Of a DNA stretch of 64,000 bases, positions 1-8,413 are shown in pieces. The notes below the pieces were generated by a model, which saw nothing but the letters and a program-made list of their open reading frames with translations, was not told where the DNA came from and made no database searches. The stretch is from a virus. The stretch is taken from positions 1 through 64,000 of the IMG/VR virus record IMGVR_UViG_3300042516_004943; one strand, given 5' to 3'. Every line of letters begins with the position of its first letter. The stretch's first letter is position 1. A program made the position numbers and the translations under genes.

Positions 1-1927
1 CATTGACCAGTTTGCGAAGTTCACCGCGCAAGCATTGGTTCTTTCCAACGAAAGCAGTATAGATTTCGTCAGCATACAGAACCTCACCGAAGTTGGCGTT
101 GGATTCGATTTCCTTCAGCGCATTGGTGAAGTAAGTCTTGAAGTCCATCACCTTACTGGCTTGAGCTTTCTTGAGCGTAGGGCCGTTCTTGATGCCGATG
201 ATGGTAGGAGCAACGATGCCTTTGGTCTTGGTCAAGTCAGCAAGCGTCTTGATCTTGGCACAGCAAGACATGAGGGCAGTCGGAGAGACTTCGCAACCAT
301 TGATCTTGCCCATGAACCGCTCAATCTCAACGTAGCAGTATTTCGTAGGGTCGAGCTTGGAGAAGTCAACATCTTCTTCCTGCCAGTAGTCACTCTTGAC
401 TTTGTGATAGGACGAGAGATTTTTGGCGTTGGGATCAATCGAAAACACTTTGCTGGTGTGTTTGCTCCGATTGACCATGAGATTGTTACCATTGGCCTTA
501 CGAGTTGCGCGAGGCAGGAGAACCTTGGGCAACGTAGCCATGTCAACAATGTCAGCGTCGATCAGTCCGAGCGCATCCATCTGACGTTTGCGGTCAGCAG
601 CATTGAGAGGCGTGAACACAATCACCTTGCCGTCTTTTTGCAAGAAGGGGAAGATGTGGTTGATGATCTGATTCTGAATCTTCTTCGTGTTCTCAACGAT
701 AGTAATGTCATTGTCGAGCGTGACAAGGTGAGTCAGTTCTTCGACCTTGCCGCCTTTGACAATGTATGCCCCACCGATATAACCTTTGCGCGGAGTATAG
801 AGTCTGAATCCTTTGCTGTTGGCAAAGTTGATCGTGAAGTCTTTTATGGTCTTGCCGTTGTAATCGTAACCATTTTTGCCGCGCATAGCGTTGCACACAA
901 CATAGTATGGACTATTGAAGTTGTGCATTTCACCAAGCATACGCTTGAATGACCACAGGCTTTGTGCGCCCTTGAGTTGCTTGCTGATGTCAGCAACGAG
1001 GAAGTCACGAATAGCAAGGATGCGCTTTTTGAGATTCGCAATCGTGCGATCCGTGTATTGCAAGCCTTCACGCGAGGCAGCGATGTCGCAGTCGCCAATG
1101 GCAACGTCGAGTTCGATGTCGCAGTTAGTGAGCAAGCGTTCGATCACCGCTTCGTCGGCATTGTTCTCGTCGAGCTTGAGAGCGTCCGAGCTAATGCGAT
1201 AAGCGATATTACCCATGATAGCAAGGGCTTGACGACCATACGAGTTGCGGTCTGCTTTGAGCAAACGCCAATCGCTACCGCTATAAAGAGGATTGCGAGT
1301 CTCGTAGGTGAAGTCGGCAGCACCGCGCACAACAGGTTTGACCTTGAAGTGCTGGAACAAGTTGCGAGCAGTCGAGACGAAAGTTTCGCAGTCGGCAGGT
1401 TTTACTGGAATCACAATTTCAACACCATTTGCATCCTTGGTAGGAGCAGATGCGAGTTTAGCGATTTGACCGATCTGCGAGGGATCAATGTAAGCGTTGT
1501 AAGTAGTCTTAACGCCGTTGAGATAGCTATTGATGACAAAGTTATCACCATAAGCAAAAGCGGACTTACTGCCAAGACCTAACTGCCCGATGAGGGAGTT
1601 ACTTTTACGCTTCGTTGATTCACCATAAAAGGCATAAATCTCTTGGATGTCTTGTTCGGAAAGGCCAATGCCGTAGTCACGAATCTTGAGTTCAAGAGAG
1701 AGACGAGAAGGAAGCGTGACTTCAATCGGGCGATTGTGACCAGCTTCGGTATGTGCGTCCACAGCGTTGCAAGAATACTCGCGCAAGACTGCAAGAATCT
1801 TGTCGGAATACAACTGGTTGCGGAGGACGTTGAAGATGTGAGCAAGACCTTCTTGTTTGATGCCGAAAGAAACAGCACCTTGAATACCTTGCGTGACGAC
1901 ATTAGCTTTGGGTTGTGTGACGATCAT
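1..1927 (-). CDS. rIIA: rIIA-like protein with N-terminal GHKL/HSP90-like ATPase domain (partial, runs off left edge)
   Basis: Not in ORF track. Manual translation from ATG 1927: MIVTQPKANV...NQLYSDKILAVLREYSCNAVDAH...IRDYGIGLS...STKRKSNSLIGQLGLGSKSAFAY (GHKL N/G boxes typical of rIIA). Frame still open at the left edge; next to rIIB. Confidence 0.9.
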   Translation of the reverse strand, partial: MIVTQPKANVVTQGIQGAVSFGIKQEGLAHIFNVLRNQLYSDKILAVLREYSCNAVDAHTEAGHNRPIEVTLPSRLSLELKIRDYGIGLSEQDIQEIYAFYGESTKRKSNSLIGQLGLGSKSAFAYGDNFVINSYLNGVKTTYNAYIDPSQIGQIAKLASAPTKDANGVEIVIPVKPADCETFVSTARNLFQHFKVKPVVRGAADFTYETRNPLYSGSDWRLLKADRNSYGRQALAIMGNIAYRISSDALKLDENNADEAVIERLLTNCDIELDVAIGDCDIAASREGLQYTDRTIANLKKRILAIRDFLVADISKQLKGAQSLWSFKRMLGEMHNFNSPYYVVCNAMRGKNGYDYNGKTIKDFTINFANSKGFRLYTPRKGYIGGAYIVKGGKVEELTHLVTLDNDITIVENTKKIQNQIINHIFPFLQKDGKVIVFTPLNAADRKRQMDALGLIDADIVDMATLPKVLLPRATRKANGNNLMVNRSKHTSKVFSIDPNAKNLSSYHKVKSDYWQEEDVDFSKLDPTKYCYVEIERFMGKINGCEVSPTALMSCCAKIKTLADLTKTKGIVAPTIIGIKNGPTLKKAQASKVMDFKTYFTNALKEIESNANFGEVLYADEIYTAFVGKNQCLRGELRKLVN

Positions 1928-1999
1928 GTTAGTAGTAGGTTGAGTATTCAGAGTAGCGGTATTTGCACCGCATGGCAAGCGATTTTTTTCACATAATCA

Positions 2000-2074
2000 T
2001 AAAGCATTGAGTGTCAACCACTTACGCCTGGCCCCCAGGCCTGGTTGTGTAAGTGCTTGTTAATCAACTATTTA
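2000..2074. repeat. 75-bp tripartite element, copy 1
   Basis: TAAAGCATTGAGTGTCAACCACTTA + CGCCTGGCCCCCAGGCCTGGTTGTG + TAAGTGCTTGTTAATCAACTATTTA. Confidence 0.95.
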
Positions 2075-2094
2075 TACAATTTTTTAATCCATAT

Positions 2095-2134
2095 AAAAAG
2101 TGAGGGGTGAGGCCCACCACAAGCCCCACCCCTC
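2095..2134 (-). terminator. Intrinsic terminator after rIIB
   Basis: Minus strand GAGGGGTGGGGC-loop-GCCTCACCCCTC followed by ACTTTTT. Confidence 0.7.
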
Positions 2135-2151
2135 TGTCGCACCACCGACGA

Positions 2152-3024
2152 CTACCGCTTCCGCATGAAGCGGCCCTTCGCATCCCTCACATTATGGTAG
2201 TTGCAGTTTTTATTCGTGCAACCAGAATCTTCGTAAATGTCCTCGTAGTCCTCATCATCGTAGTCCTCATCGTAGGAAGTGAACTCCGTGTTGAGAGGCT
2301 TGCGATAGACCTGTTCAAAGTCCTTGACAACCTCGTAGCGAGCAGTCCGCAACTTCTGGCAGTCACAATCTTTCGGAACAGAAACAACATCCGAAGGATT
2401 GATCTTGACGATCACAAGGCGAGAGTTGCCGCCACCGAAAGTGCTGGCATACTCATGGCTACCAGCATGGAATCCATAAGAACAACCAACATCAGCATCG
2501 TCGCAGACTGCGTTGCGAGGCATTTCCAAGACCTCACCAACACCATTGTAGAACTTGCCGCTATGGTGATCCATGTAGTCCTCGCGCACACTCTTGTAGG
2601 CCAAGAAGTCGCCATCCTCGCAGATCGGAAGATGCTTGTGTTCAAGGAACGTATAAAGCTCCGACACAGCGCGACGAGAAGGATTCTCCATGAGTTTTTC
2701 AAGGAACCTTGCAAGCGGTTGGAACGGCAAGCCTTCGTCCATGAAGTCGAAGATGCGATCAACGACATAGTTGTGGACAGGTTCGCCATTGTAGTAGATT
2801 ACACCATCGGTAATCTCCACACCGCCGACATTATCGGCGTTGAACTTGCGGGTGATAGACTCCGACACATCGAACAGGGAGTCGAGCGTGTCAATGTCTC
2901 CAGTAGCGAGGCAAGTAATAGCCTCGGTGAAAGACGGATGATTACAAGTCATCGTCTTGGGAACTCCATCAATAACTGCGGTGATGGACTCGTCGGTTTT
3001 GATTAGTGCGTTTAGTGCTTTCAT
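2152..3024 (-). CDS. rIIB: rIIB-like protein
   Basis: ENPS...ELYTFL...LPICEDGDFLAYKSV...MPRNAV...CSYGFHAG...VKINPSDVVSVP...KLRTARYEVV are rIIB-family motifs. Confidence 0.9.
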   Translation of the reverse strand: MKALNALIKTDESITAVIDGVPKTMTCNHPSFTEAITCLATGDIDTLDSLFDVSESITRKFNADNVGGVEITDGVIYYNGEPVHNYVVDRIFDFMDEGLPFQPLARFLEKLMENPSRRAVSELYTFLEHKHLPICEDGDFLAYKSVREDYMDHHSGKFYNGVGEVLEMPRNAVCDDADVGCSYGFHAGSHEYASTFGGGNSRLVIVKINPSDVVSVPKDCDCQKLRTARYEVVKDFEQVYRKPLNTEFTSYDEDYDDEDYEDIYEDSGCTNKNCNYHNVRDAKGRFMRKR

Positions 3025-3065
3025 CGTTTATTAGATTACAGAGTTTTGAGGTTTGGGTCAAGCGA

Positions 3066-3287
3066 TTATTTTCTTTTGCAACCAGTAACACAGCGAATAA
3101 TTTTATTGTTAACAAAAGTAGTGTCGCGCAGCACTTTCATGTATTTACTGAAAATTTGCTTGCGGTTAAGTCCAGCGTCAATCATTAAATCCCAAAGTTG
3201 ACGATGCATACCACTTCCGTATTGGGAAACAGCAAAGTGCAAATCTTCATAGGCTCCAGCTGAATAGGTGTCTTTCTGTAGTTTCAT
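3066..3287 (-). CDS. hypothetical protein (leaderless)
   Basis: 73-aa ORF; TTGACA-17-TACCTT-6-ATG. Confidence 0.65.
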   Translation of the reverse strand: MKLQKDTYSAGAYEDLHFAVSQYGSGMHRQLWDLMIDAGLNRKQIFSKYMKVLRDTTFVNNKIIRCVTGCKRK

Positions 3288-3331
3288 ACATTCAAGGTAT
3301 CGCGTTTTGCGATAGGTGTCAAGTGTTTTTG

Positions 3332-3406
3332 TAAGTGCTTGAGCGCCAAATACTTACGCCTGGCGCCCAGCCCTGTATTTGTAACTGCCTGATTTCCAAA
3401 TAGATA
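3332..3406. repeat. 75-bp tripartite element, copy 2
   Basis: TAAGTGCTTGAGCGCCAAATACTTA + CGCCTGGCGCCCAGCCCTGTATTTG + TAACTGCCTGATTTCCAAATAGATA. Confidence 0.9.
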
Positions 3407-3479
3407 TGGGGCGGGTCGGATTCGAACCGACAACCAATCGATTATGAGCCGACTGCTCTGACCATTGAGCTACCACCCC
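3407..3479 (-). tRNA. tRNA with CAT anticodon, probably Ile2 (lysidine type) rather than Met
   Basis: GGGGTGGTAGCTCAATGGTCAGAGCAGTCGGCTCATAATCGATTGGTTGTCGGTTCGAATCCGACCCGCCCCA; CTCATAATCG anticodon arm resembles bacterial tRNA-Ile2; CCA not encoded. Confidence 0.9.
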
Positions 3480-3561
3480 GTAAAAAATGTTATTACTCCA
3501 TAAATAGCAAACGTCCAGACACAAATAGTGATAGGGAGAGCGACAAATAGCACGATAGGTT

Positions 3562-3807
3562 TCATAGCTCAAATTGAAGTTGCCGACTACCAGTTCCTTC
3601 GACTTCGTAATCTGCCACCCATTTGTCCTCGCCCTCAAACGATCTGGGAGACAATAACAATATAGCGTGTTCTTCGTAATCGTCATCCCAATACTTGCCA
3701 GTCCCATCTTCATGGTTGATAATTTCCCATGTTTCGGAATCATATTTTACATAATCACCAATGGTGAGCATCTCGCCATCATAATCAGCAGGAATGATTG
3801 TTTTCAT
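3562..3807 (-). CDS. hypothetical acidic protein
   Basis: 81-aa ORF, ATGA-coupled to the upstream gene. Confidence 0.7.
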   Translation of the reverse strand: MKTIIPADYDGEMLTIGDYVKYDSETWEIINHEDGTGKYWDDDYEEHAILLLSPRSFEGEDKWVADYEVEGTGSRQLQFEL

Positions 3808-4130
3808 AGTTTGTATATTGACGTTGGATTAGGATAAACTTTTTTGCGCTGAATGTAAAGCCCCCAAAATTTTAATGCGCGATCTTCGACTTGACAAAAG
3901 AGTTTGCCGTGATCTAGCGTTCCTCCGTAGAAGTGACATACTTCATGCACAACGTAATAGATGACAAATTTTTCACCAAACTTAAAAGACCAGTCGGGAA
4001 TACTGAAGCGGCCTTGCGTAGTGTAGGCGCGGCCACGCTTGTTTGAAGTAATCTCCGCTTTTGGTTTGATAGGCAATCCCAAAAATTTTGCGGTGAGGTT
4101 AGCGATTGCTTGGATTTCAGATAGTTTCAT
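3804..4130 (-). CDS. SprT/YgjP-like HExxH zinc metallopeptidase-domain protein
   Basis: YYVVHEVCH...DHGKLF motif. Confidence 0.7.
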   Translation of the reverse strand: MKLSEIQAIANLTAKFLGLPIKPKAEITSNKRGRAYTTQGRFSIPDWSFKFGEKFVIYYVVHEVCHFYGGTLDHGKLFCQVEDRALKFWGLYIQRKKVYPNPTSIYKL

Positions 4131-4286
4131 GTGGTGTTGTGGGCGCCCTATTCGCTCAATACGTCTTCGGGCTACGATTTCGTCTGATGCTTACTCGTTT
4201 GTAAGACCATCGCGTTGAGATTCCTCGGATATGCTTACAATAGGACTTTTTGCGTGTGCGGTCAAGATATTTTTTACATTAAAATG

Positions 4287-4361
4287 CAAAGTGTTGAGCG
4301 TCAACCACTTACACCGGGCCACCAGGCCGGGCTACGTAACTGCTTGATTTAGAATGACTTA
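4287..4361. repeat. 75-bp tripartite element, copy 3
   Basis: CAAAGTGTTGAGCGTCAACCACTTA + CACCGGGCCACCAGGCCGGGCTACG + TAACTGCTTGATTTAGAATGACTTA. Confidence 0.95.
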
Positions 4362-4378
4362 TGTAAACTAATTTTTAT

Positions 4379-4414
4379 AAAAAAAAGAGCTTGACAGGTT
4401 GCCCTGCCAAGCCC
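4379..4414 (-). terminator. Intrinsic terminator after DUF932 gene
   Basis: Minus strand GGGCTTGGCAGG-GCAA-CCTGTCAAGCTC-TTTTTTTT. Confidence 0.8.
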
Positions 4415-4431
4415 CTTGTGCGTCTCAGAGT

Positions 4432-5220
4432 TTACGCGGTCACCAGTTCAGCCTCCGCGACTTCCTCCTCACGGGAGAAGGCAACTCCCGCGAGAGGATC
4501 GAGCAACCCGTGCAGTGCGTCACTGCGTTTCGGAAGTGCCAGCACGTTGCCGCGCATGACGTTGGTGAACGAGTTGTGCAAGCCCCAGAGGTTGCGTTCC
4601 AGTTTCCACTCGCCGTGTTCGGGAGTGTGCCACTGGTCGAGAACGTCCGCCAGTGCAGTCTTGCTCACTGCGCCGCAGCGATAAGCGCGAGCAAGGATGT
4701 CGTGCGCTTCGTTATCCTTGAGCGTGTAGGCCTGATAGGCCTCGATGCGCTTGGCATTGTTGCCCCAAGTGTTGAGCAACTTACCGAAAGCACCCGCAAG
4801 GATGTTCGGAAGGTCACGCAAGATGAACTTGGTGTGCCGACGAGCGATCTTGATCTCGTTGTGAAAAGCGAGATTGTCGCAGACGAACGGAGCCGAGCCA
4901 GCGTTGATGCCAGCGGGGAACGACTTGTCGTGCGAGTTACGCAAGCCGATGACAGTCCCGATATTCTGCTCTTGCGAGAAGTTCGGGATGCCCGTCACTT
5001 GGAAGAGTCCGAAGTAACGGAGACCACCACGAGCGAGGGCGTGAGCCTCTTGCGTGATAGCGAGGCCAGCGTTGCCGACGATTTCACGCAGACGCTCGAC
5101 GAGTGTGAAGTGAGGGATCGGCATCCACGATTCCGTGGGCAACGGAGTCGGGGTCTTCTGGACTTCGGTGGATTCGACGGCGTGACCGCCACAGTGTAGT
5201 GTGAGTTTGAGGTTTTTCAT
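4432..5220 (-). CDS. DUF932-family protein
   Basis: Probable start MKNLKLTLHCG at 5220; PIPH...YFGLF...IGLRNSHDKS...FVCDNLAF...RRHT motifs. Confidence 0.8.
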   Translation of the reverse strand: MKNLKLTLHCGGHAVESTEVQKTPTPLPTESWMPIPHFTLVERLREIVGNAGLAITQEAHALARGGLRYFGLFQVTGIPNFSQEQNIGTVIGLRNSHDKSFPAGINAGSAPFVCDNLAFHNEIKIARRHTKFILRDLPNILAGAFGKLLNTWGNNAKRIEAYQAYTLKDNEAHDILARAYRCGAVSKTALADVLDQWHTPEHGEWKLERNLWGLHNSFTNVMRGNVLALPKRSDALHGLLDPLAGVAFSREEEVAEAELVTA

Positions 5221-5296
5221 ACTCAAGCAGTATAGGGAGATTTGAACCGCACGCAAAGACTTTTTTTCGATTTTTTTTATAAATCTTTTTTTAAAG

Positions 5297-5312
5297 TTGG
5301 CACAGTTCCTGA
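5297..5312 (+). promoter_or_regulatory. sigma54-like -24/-12 box 13 bp before element copy 4
   Basis: TTGGCACAGTTCCTGA; homologous boxes at the same offset before copies 7, 8, 10. Confidence 0.45.
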
Positions 5313-5325
5313 ACTGCAATTTGTA

Positions 5326-5400
5326 TAAGTCCTTGATTATCAGGCACTTACACCCGGCGGCCAGGCTGGCCCTCGTAACACTATGATTACGAGGGCCTTA
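5326..5400. repeat. 75-bp tripartite element, copy 4
   Basis: TAAGTCCTTGATTATCAGGCACTTA + CACCCGGCGGCCAGGCTGGCCCTCG + TAACACTATGATTACGAGGGCCTTA. Confidence 0.95.
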
Positions 5401-5403
5401 CGT

Positions 5404-5574
5404 TTAAGCGAGGAATTTAGCGACTTGCTTTTGACTTGCCCTCTTCAAGAGATCGGTTCGTCCAACAAGAGATCCGCGCTTCTTGCGAGACAGCAAAGAG
5501 ACAACGCCAATCTGTTTACGGAAGCGAACAGCTTCTCCTTTGTAGTTATAGATAGCACCTTCGATTAGTTTCAT
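5404..5574 (-). CDS. small basic hypothetical protein (56 aa)
   Basis: Manual translation MKLIEGAIYNYKGEAVRFRKQ...KFLA; strong SD AGGAGG upstream. Confidence 0.7.
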   Translation of the reverse strand: MKLIEGAIYNYKGEAVRFRKQIGVVSLLSRKKRGSLVGRTDLLKRASQKQVAKFLA

Positions 5575-5589
5575 TATATTTCCTCCTTT

Positions 5590-5814
5590 CTATTCTTCGT
5601 CATCCCCAAACATGGCGTCCCACTCTTGGGGAGTGATGCCAGTTTTGATAAACTCGCGCTGACCAGCGTCGAGCATTGGGAAAGCGTTTTGAATGAGTTC
5701 CCCTGTTTGCCAGAGGATTTCGCGCTTGGCGAATTCTTCTGGAGAGATAGGAATCTCCATCTGATGGATGCGGCCAGTGAAGGGGGAACGACGAGTGATG
5801 ATGGTTTTGTTCAT
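5590..5814 (-). CDS. conserved small phage protein
   Basis: SPFTG...IQNAFP.L...QREFIKTGIT..EW pattern recalled from many phage hypotheticals; own leaderless promoter. Confidence 0.75.
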   Translation of the reverse strand: MNKTIITRRSPFTGRIHQMEIPISPEEFAKREILWQTGELIQNAFPMLDAGQREFIKTGITPQEWDAMFGDDEE

Positions 5815-5852
5815 ATTGTTAATGTATGGGATTTTGATTATTTTTGCAAGGA

Positions 5853-6578
5853 TTATTTTTCAAAAACATACGACCAGTAGCGCGAATCCTGCTTGTCTTG
5901 AATCGCGTCCCAATAGAGGCAACGCGCAATGTAGCAGGGAACATCGTATGCACGGCACATAGCAATCCAATGGGCTTCGATGTTATCGTAATGTTTTTCG
6001 TCTTTGGTCTGGTCGAGGCCGTAGGCTTGGAACATATGAGTGTCCATACAAACAACCTCGCACTTGTCTGGATGCATCATCTCCAACGAGAACGAAACTT
6101 TTGCTTTGCCAAGACCAAGCACTTCGCTAACAAGCTCGTCACGATGACTGCGCCAATCAGCAGGAGCGTGAGAGTATTTCGGAATATCCTTCCAGAACTT
6201 TTGCTGGAACTGCCACACAAACTTTGTGCGGTTGTTGTGCAAGCCAACGCCGCTATGCTTGAGTTTGTTGAGAAGAACTTGCTGGTCATGCCACCAATCG
6301 AGAGACTTAATTGCATTGTAGCCATTGACGTTGGACTTCCAACTTGTATGGACTGACATAAAAGCAAACAGCCAGCGCAACATGGATTCTTGCGTAGTGT
6401 CTGGCGCAATCGAATTCCAGTAGTTGGTGTATGACACAATGCGCGAACGATCAAGTGAGTCAAAGAATTTTTCGACGCGAACATATTGAGGGTTGCGCGT
6501 AGGCTTGAGTTCCAATTCGGGTTGCACCAAAGCGTCAGATGAGCAACGCATGGGTAGAGGTAGTTGTGTGGTGATCAT
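5853..6578 (-). CDS. HhH-superfamily DNA glycosylase/lyase-like protein
   Basis: ELVSEVLGLGKAKVSF...VVCMDTHM: helix-hairpin-helix plus conserved Asp, similar to OGG/AGOG-type glycosylases. Confidence 0.65.
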   Translation of the reverse strand: MITTQLPLPMRCSSDALVQPELELKPTRNPQYVRVEKFFDSLDRSRIVSYTNYWNSIAPDTTQESMLRWLFAFMSVHTSWKSNVNGYNAIKSLDWWHDQQVLLNKLKHSGVGLHNNRTKFVWQFQQKFWKDIPKYSHAPADWRSHRDELVSEVLGLGKAKVSFSLEMMHPDKCEVVCMDTHMFQAYGLDQTKDEKHYDNIEAHWIAMCRAYDVPCYIARCLYWDAIQDKQDSRYWSYVFEK

Positions 6579-6632
6579 GCTGTAAGAATAGCTGTATTTG
6601 AGTTTTGAGTCAACTGGATTTTTATCATTTTA

Positions 6633-6707
6633 TAAATCGTTGGTATTCAACCACTTACGCCCGGCGGCCAGGCGGCCTGCTGTAAGTGCTTGATAATGAG
6701 CACCTTG
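6633..6707. repeat. 75-bp tripartite element, copy 5 (right palindrome overlaps tRNA-Cys 3' end)
   Basis: TAAATCGTTGGTATTCAACCACTTA + CGCCCGGCGGCCAGGCGGCCTGCTG + TAAGTGCTTGATAATGAGCACCTTG. Confidence 0.95.
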
Positions 6708-6770
6708 CTGGATTCGAACCAGCGTATAAGAGTTTTGCAGACTCTGGCCTTACCACTTGGCGAAAGGTGC
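6699..6770 (-). tRNA. tRNA-Cys(GCA)
   Basis: GCACCTTTCGCCAAGTGGTAAGGCCAGAGTCTGCAAAACTCTTATACGCTGGTTCGAATCCAGCAAGGTGCT. Confidence 0.92.
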
Positions 6771-6774
6771 GAAA

Positions 6775-7340
6775 TGTTCGGCTACCTCTTCTGTGCCGTC
6801 TTCTCCTTGCGGATCGGGCAGATTTGGTTAACGCGCACCGAACGCGGGTCATGGTCACCATCCCCCTTATTACAGTCAGCTATCTGCTTCTCATCATCAG
6901 TGGGTTCTGACTATCTTGGTAGCGAACCAAGAACGTGTGTTTAGATGGCCTTAGACTATAACGGCTTCAGCTTACGTTGCACAACTATCTTTCCGGACTA
7001 TGTTGAGCAAACCATCAAATTTTTTCAAAGAAAGTGGTGACAGGGAGGCCAGAACTCCCTGCCTATTATTCCGTGCCTTCTGGCGGCACCGACATCGAAT
7101 TACCTTGCGGTAACTAGCCCACAAGTTGAACGGAGAAATATCCGCCAGAGCTTGGGAGAATTGTTCCCTGTCTTACAAGTATCTGTATCTGGAATCTTTA
7201 CATGACGCCGCAGCGAACACAACCAGTTAGTTTCATGCATAGATGCAGGGAAATTTTTTATAGCCTCGGAGGGTTTTGTGTAGGACGACAGACCCTTACT
7301 TCTGTCCATCTTTTATTCCGATACTTCGTTCGGGCTTTGT
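6775..7340 (-). ncRNA. cluster of candidate structured non-coding RNAs
   Basis: No convincing ORF; several self-closing helical domains separated by A/U linkers, inside the tRNA cluster. Confidence 0.45.
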
Positions 7341-7357
7341 TTCAAATTGTAAAAGAA

Positions 7358-7621
7358 CTATGCAACTGACTTGCCAAAGATGTTGACCACTTCACGATCA
7401 ACGATCTCATCGAAGCGGAACCTACGAACGCCCTTGCCGAAGCAGTAGGCGGTGAAGCCATTCGCAAACCCATCGAAGGGTCGGGAAACCAGATAGTCGT
7501 AGACCTCGTTGTTTCCTTGATCCGTGTAAGGCCGATACTTCAAGCGATACACAGGATTGGTGAACTGACCGATTTTGGAGTCAGCGATTGCGAGTTTGAG
7601 TTTGTTTAGTAGTGCTTTCAT
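7358..7621 (-). CDS. small protein with WYL-like C-terminal motif
   Basis: Start MKALLNK at 7621 (promoter-supported); FTAYCF...VRRFRFDEI resembles the WYL signature. Confidence 0.55.
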   Translation of the reverse strand: MKALLNKLKLAIADSKIGQFTNPVYRLKYRPYTDQGNNEVYDYLVSRPFDGFANGFTAYCFGKGVRRFRFDEIVDREVVNIFGKSVA

Positions 7622-7653
7622 GGTTTTAAGAATAAATCTTTTTGATCTTTTTG

Positions 7654-7794
7654 TCAACGGGTTTTTTCAAGATTCTGCAAGATTTTTTGGATTTTTTTAA
7701 CGGCGCGTTTGGCACTTGCTTCATAGAGGGCAACCTTGGCGATTTCGACGAGAGCTTTTTCGAGAGTCTGTTCTTCAGCGGTTTTCTTTTTCAT
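7654..7794 (-). CDS. small helical hypothetical protein (46 aa)
   Basis: MKKKTAEEQTLEKALVEIAK...; own promoter TTGACA-16-TAGATT-6-ATG. Confidence 0.6.
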   Translation of the reverse strand: MKKKTAEEQTLEKALVEIAKVALYEASAKRAVKKIQKILQNLEKTR

Positions 7795-7847
7795 ACCTCT
7801 AATCTATCAGAAAAAATTGATTTGTCAATGGATTTTTTGAAATTAAA

Positions 7848-7921
7848 CGGAGTCTACGGGGCTCGAACCCGCAACCTCTGCCGTGACAGGGCAGCGCTCT
7901 GACCAATTGAGCTAAGACTCC
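7848..7921 (-). tRNA. tRNA-Asp(GTC)
   Basis: GGAGTCTTAGCTCAATTGGTCAGAGCGCTGCCCTGTCACGGCAGAGGTTGCGGGTTCGAGCCCCGTAGACTCCG. Confidence 0.95.
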
Positions 7922-7925
7922 TATG

Positions 7926-7997
7926 TGGGATGGGTGAGGATCGAACTCACAACCAACGCCTTAAAAGGGCGCTGCTCTACCTTTGAGCTACCATCCC
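7926..7997 (-). tRNA. tRNA-Lys(TTT)
   Basis: GGGATGGTAGCTCAAAGGTAGAGCAGCGCCCTTTTAAGGCGTTGGTTGTGAGTTCGATCCTCACCCATCCCA. Confidence 0.95.
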
Positions 7998-8002
7998 TAA
8001 AA

Positions 8003-8079
8003 TGGCACGAGGTGTCAGAATCGAACTGACCCAGATGGTTTTGGAGACCTTCTCGCCAAGCCTTGGAACATTACCTCGC
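8003..8079 (-). tRNA. tRNA-Trp(CCA)
   Basis: GCGAGGTAATGTTCCAAGGCTTGGCGAGAAGGTCTCCAAAACCATCTGGGTCAGTTCGATTCTGACACCTCGTGCCA; CCA encoded; promoter TTGACT-16-TAGATT upstream. Confidence 0.88.
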
Positions 8080-8338
8080 ATCTACTAATCTAGCATATCT
8101 TACAGGAAAGTCAAGTGTTTTTCTCTCATGTCGATGCCTTAAACATATTAGCAAAATGTGTCGAAATTTTCTTAATAAATCGACAAATAGCGAAATATCA
8201 AATTGGAAAATAGCGAAATAGGAAATACAGAAATAGGAAATAGTTATCAGTCAAATAGTAGAATAAATAGATAATAATCAATGATCATTGAATAAAAATG
8301 AATTATTATTATTGTATTGTCTGCTATGCTTGTTATTG

Positions 8339-8413
8339 TAAGTCTTTCATTATCAACCACTTACGCCTGGGGGCCAGGCCCGGTTCTGTAAGTGACTGAT
8401 TATCAAGGCTTTA
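8339..8413. repeat. 75-bp tripartite element, copy 6
   Basis: TAAGTCTTTCATTATCAACCACTTA + CGCCTGGGGGCCAGGCCCGGTTCTG + TAAGTGACTGATTATCAAGGCTTTA. Confidence 0.95.

Noticed and set aside
4160-4215. Hammerhead ribozyme
   Set aside because: CTGATG and GAAA are on opposite strands and the CUGANGA core is incomplete.
35-5199. Long + strand ORFs (35-952, 962-1582, 2107-3006, 4399-5199 and similar)
   Set aside because: Antisense shadows of recognisable minus-strand genes (rIIA, rIIB, DUF932).
7035-7063. A sixth tRNA or tmRNA 3' end
   Set aside because: It is a local 9-bp hairpin plus ACCA without a matching 5' acceptor strand, D arm or anticodon arm; kept only as an ncRNA candidate.
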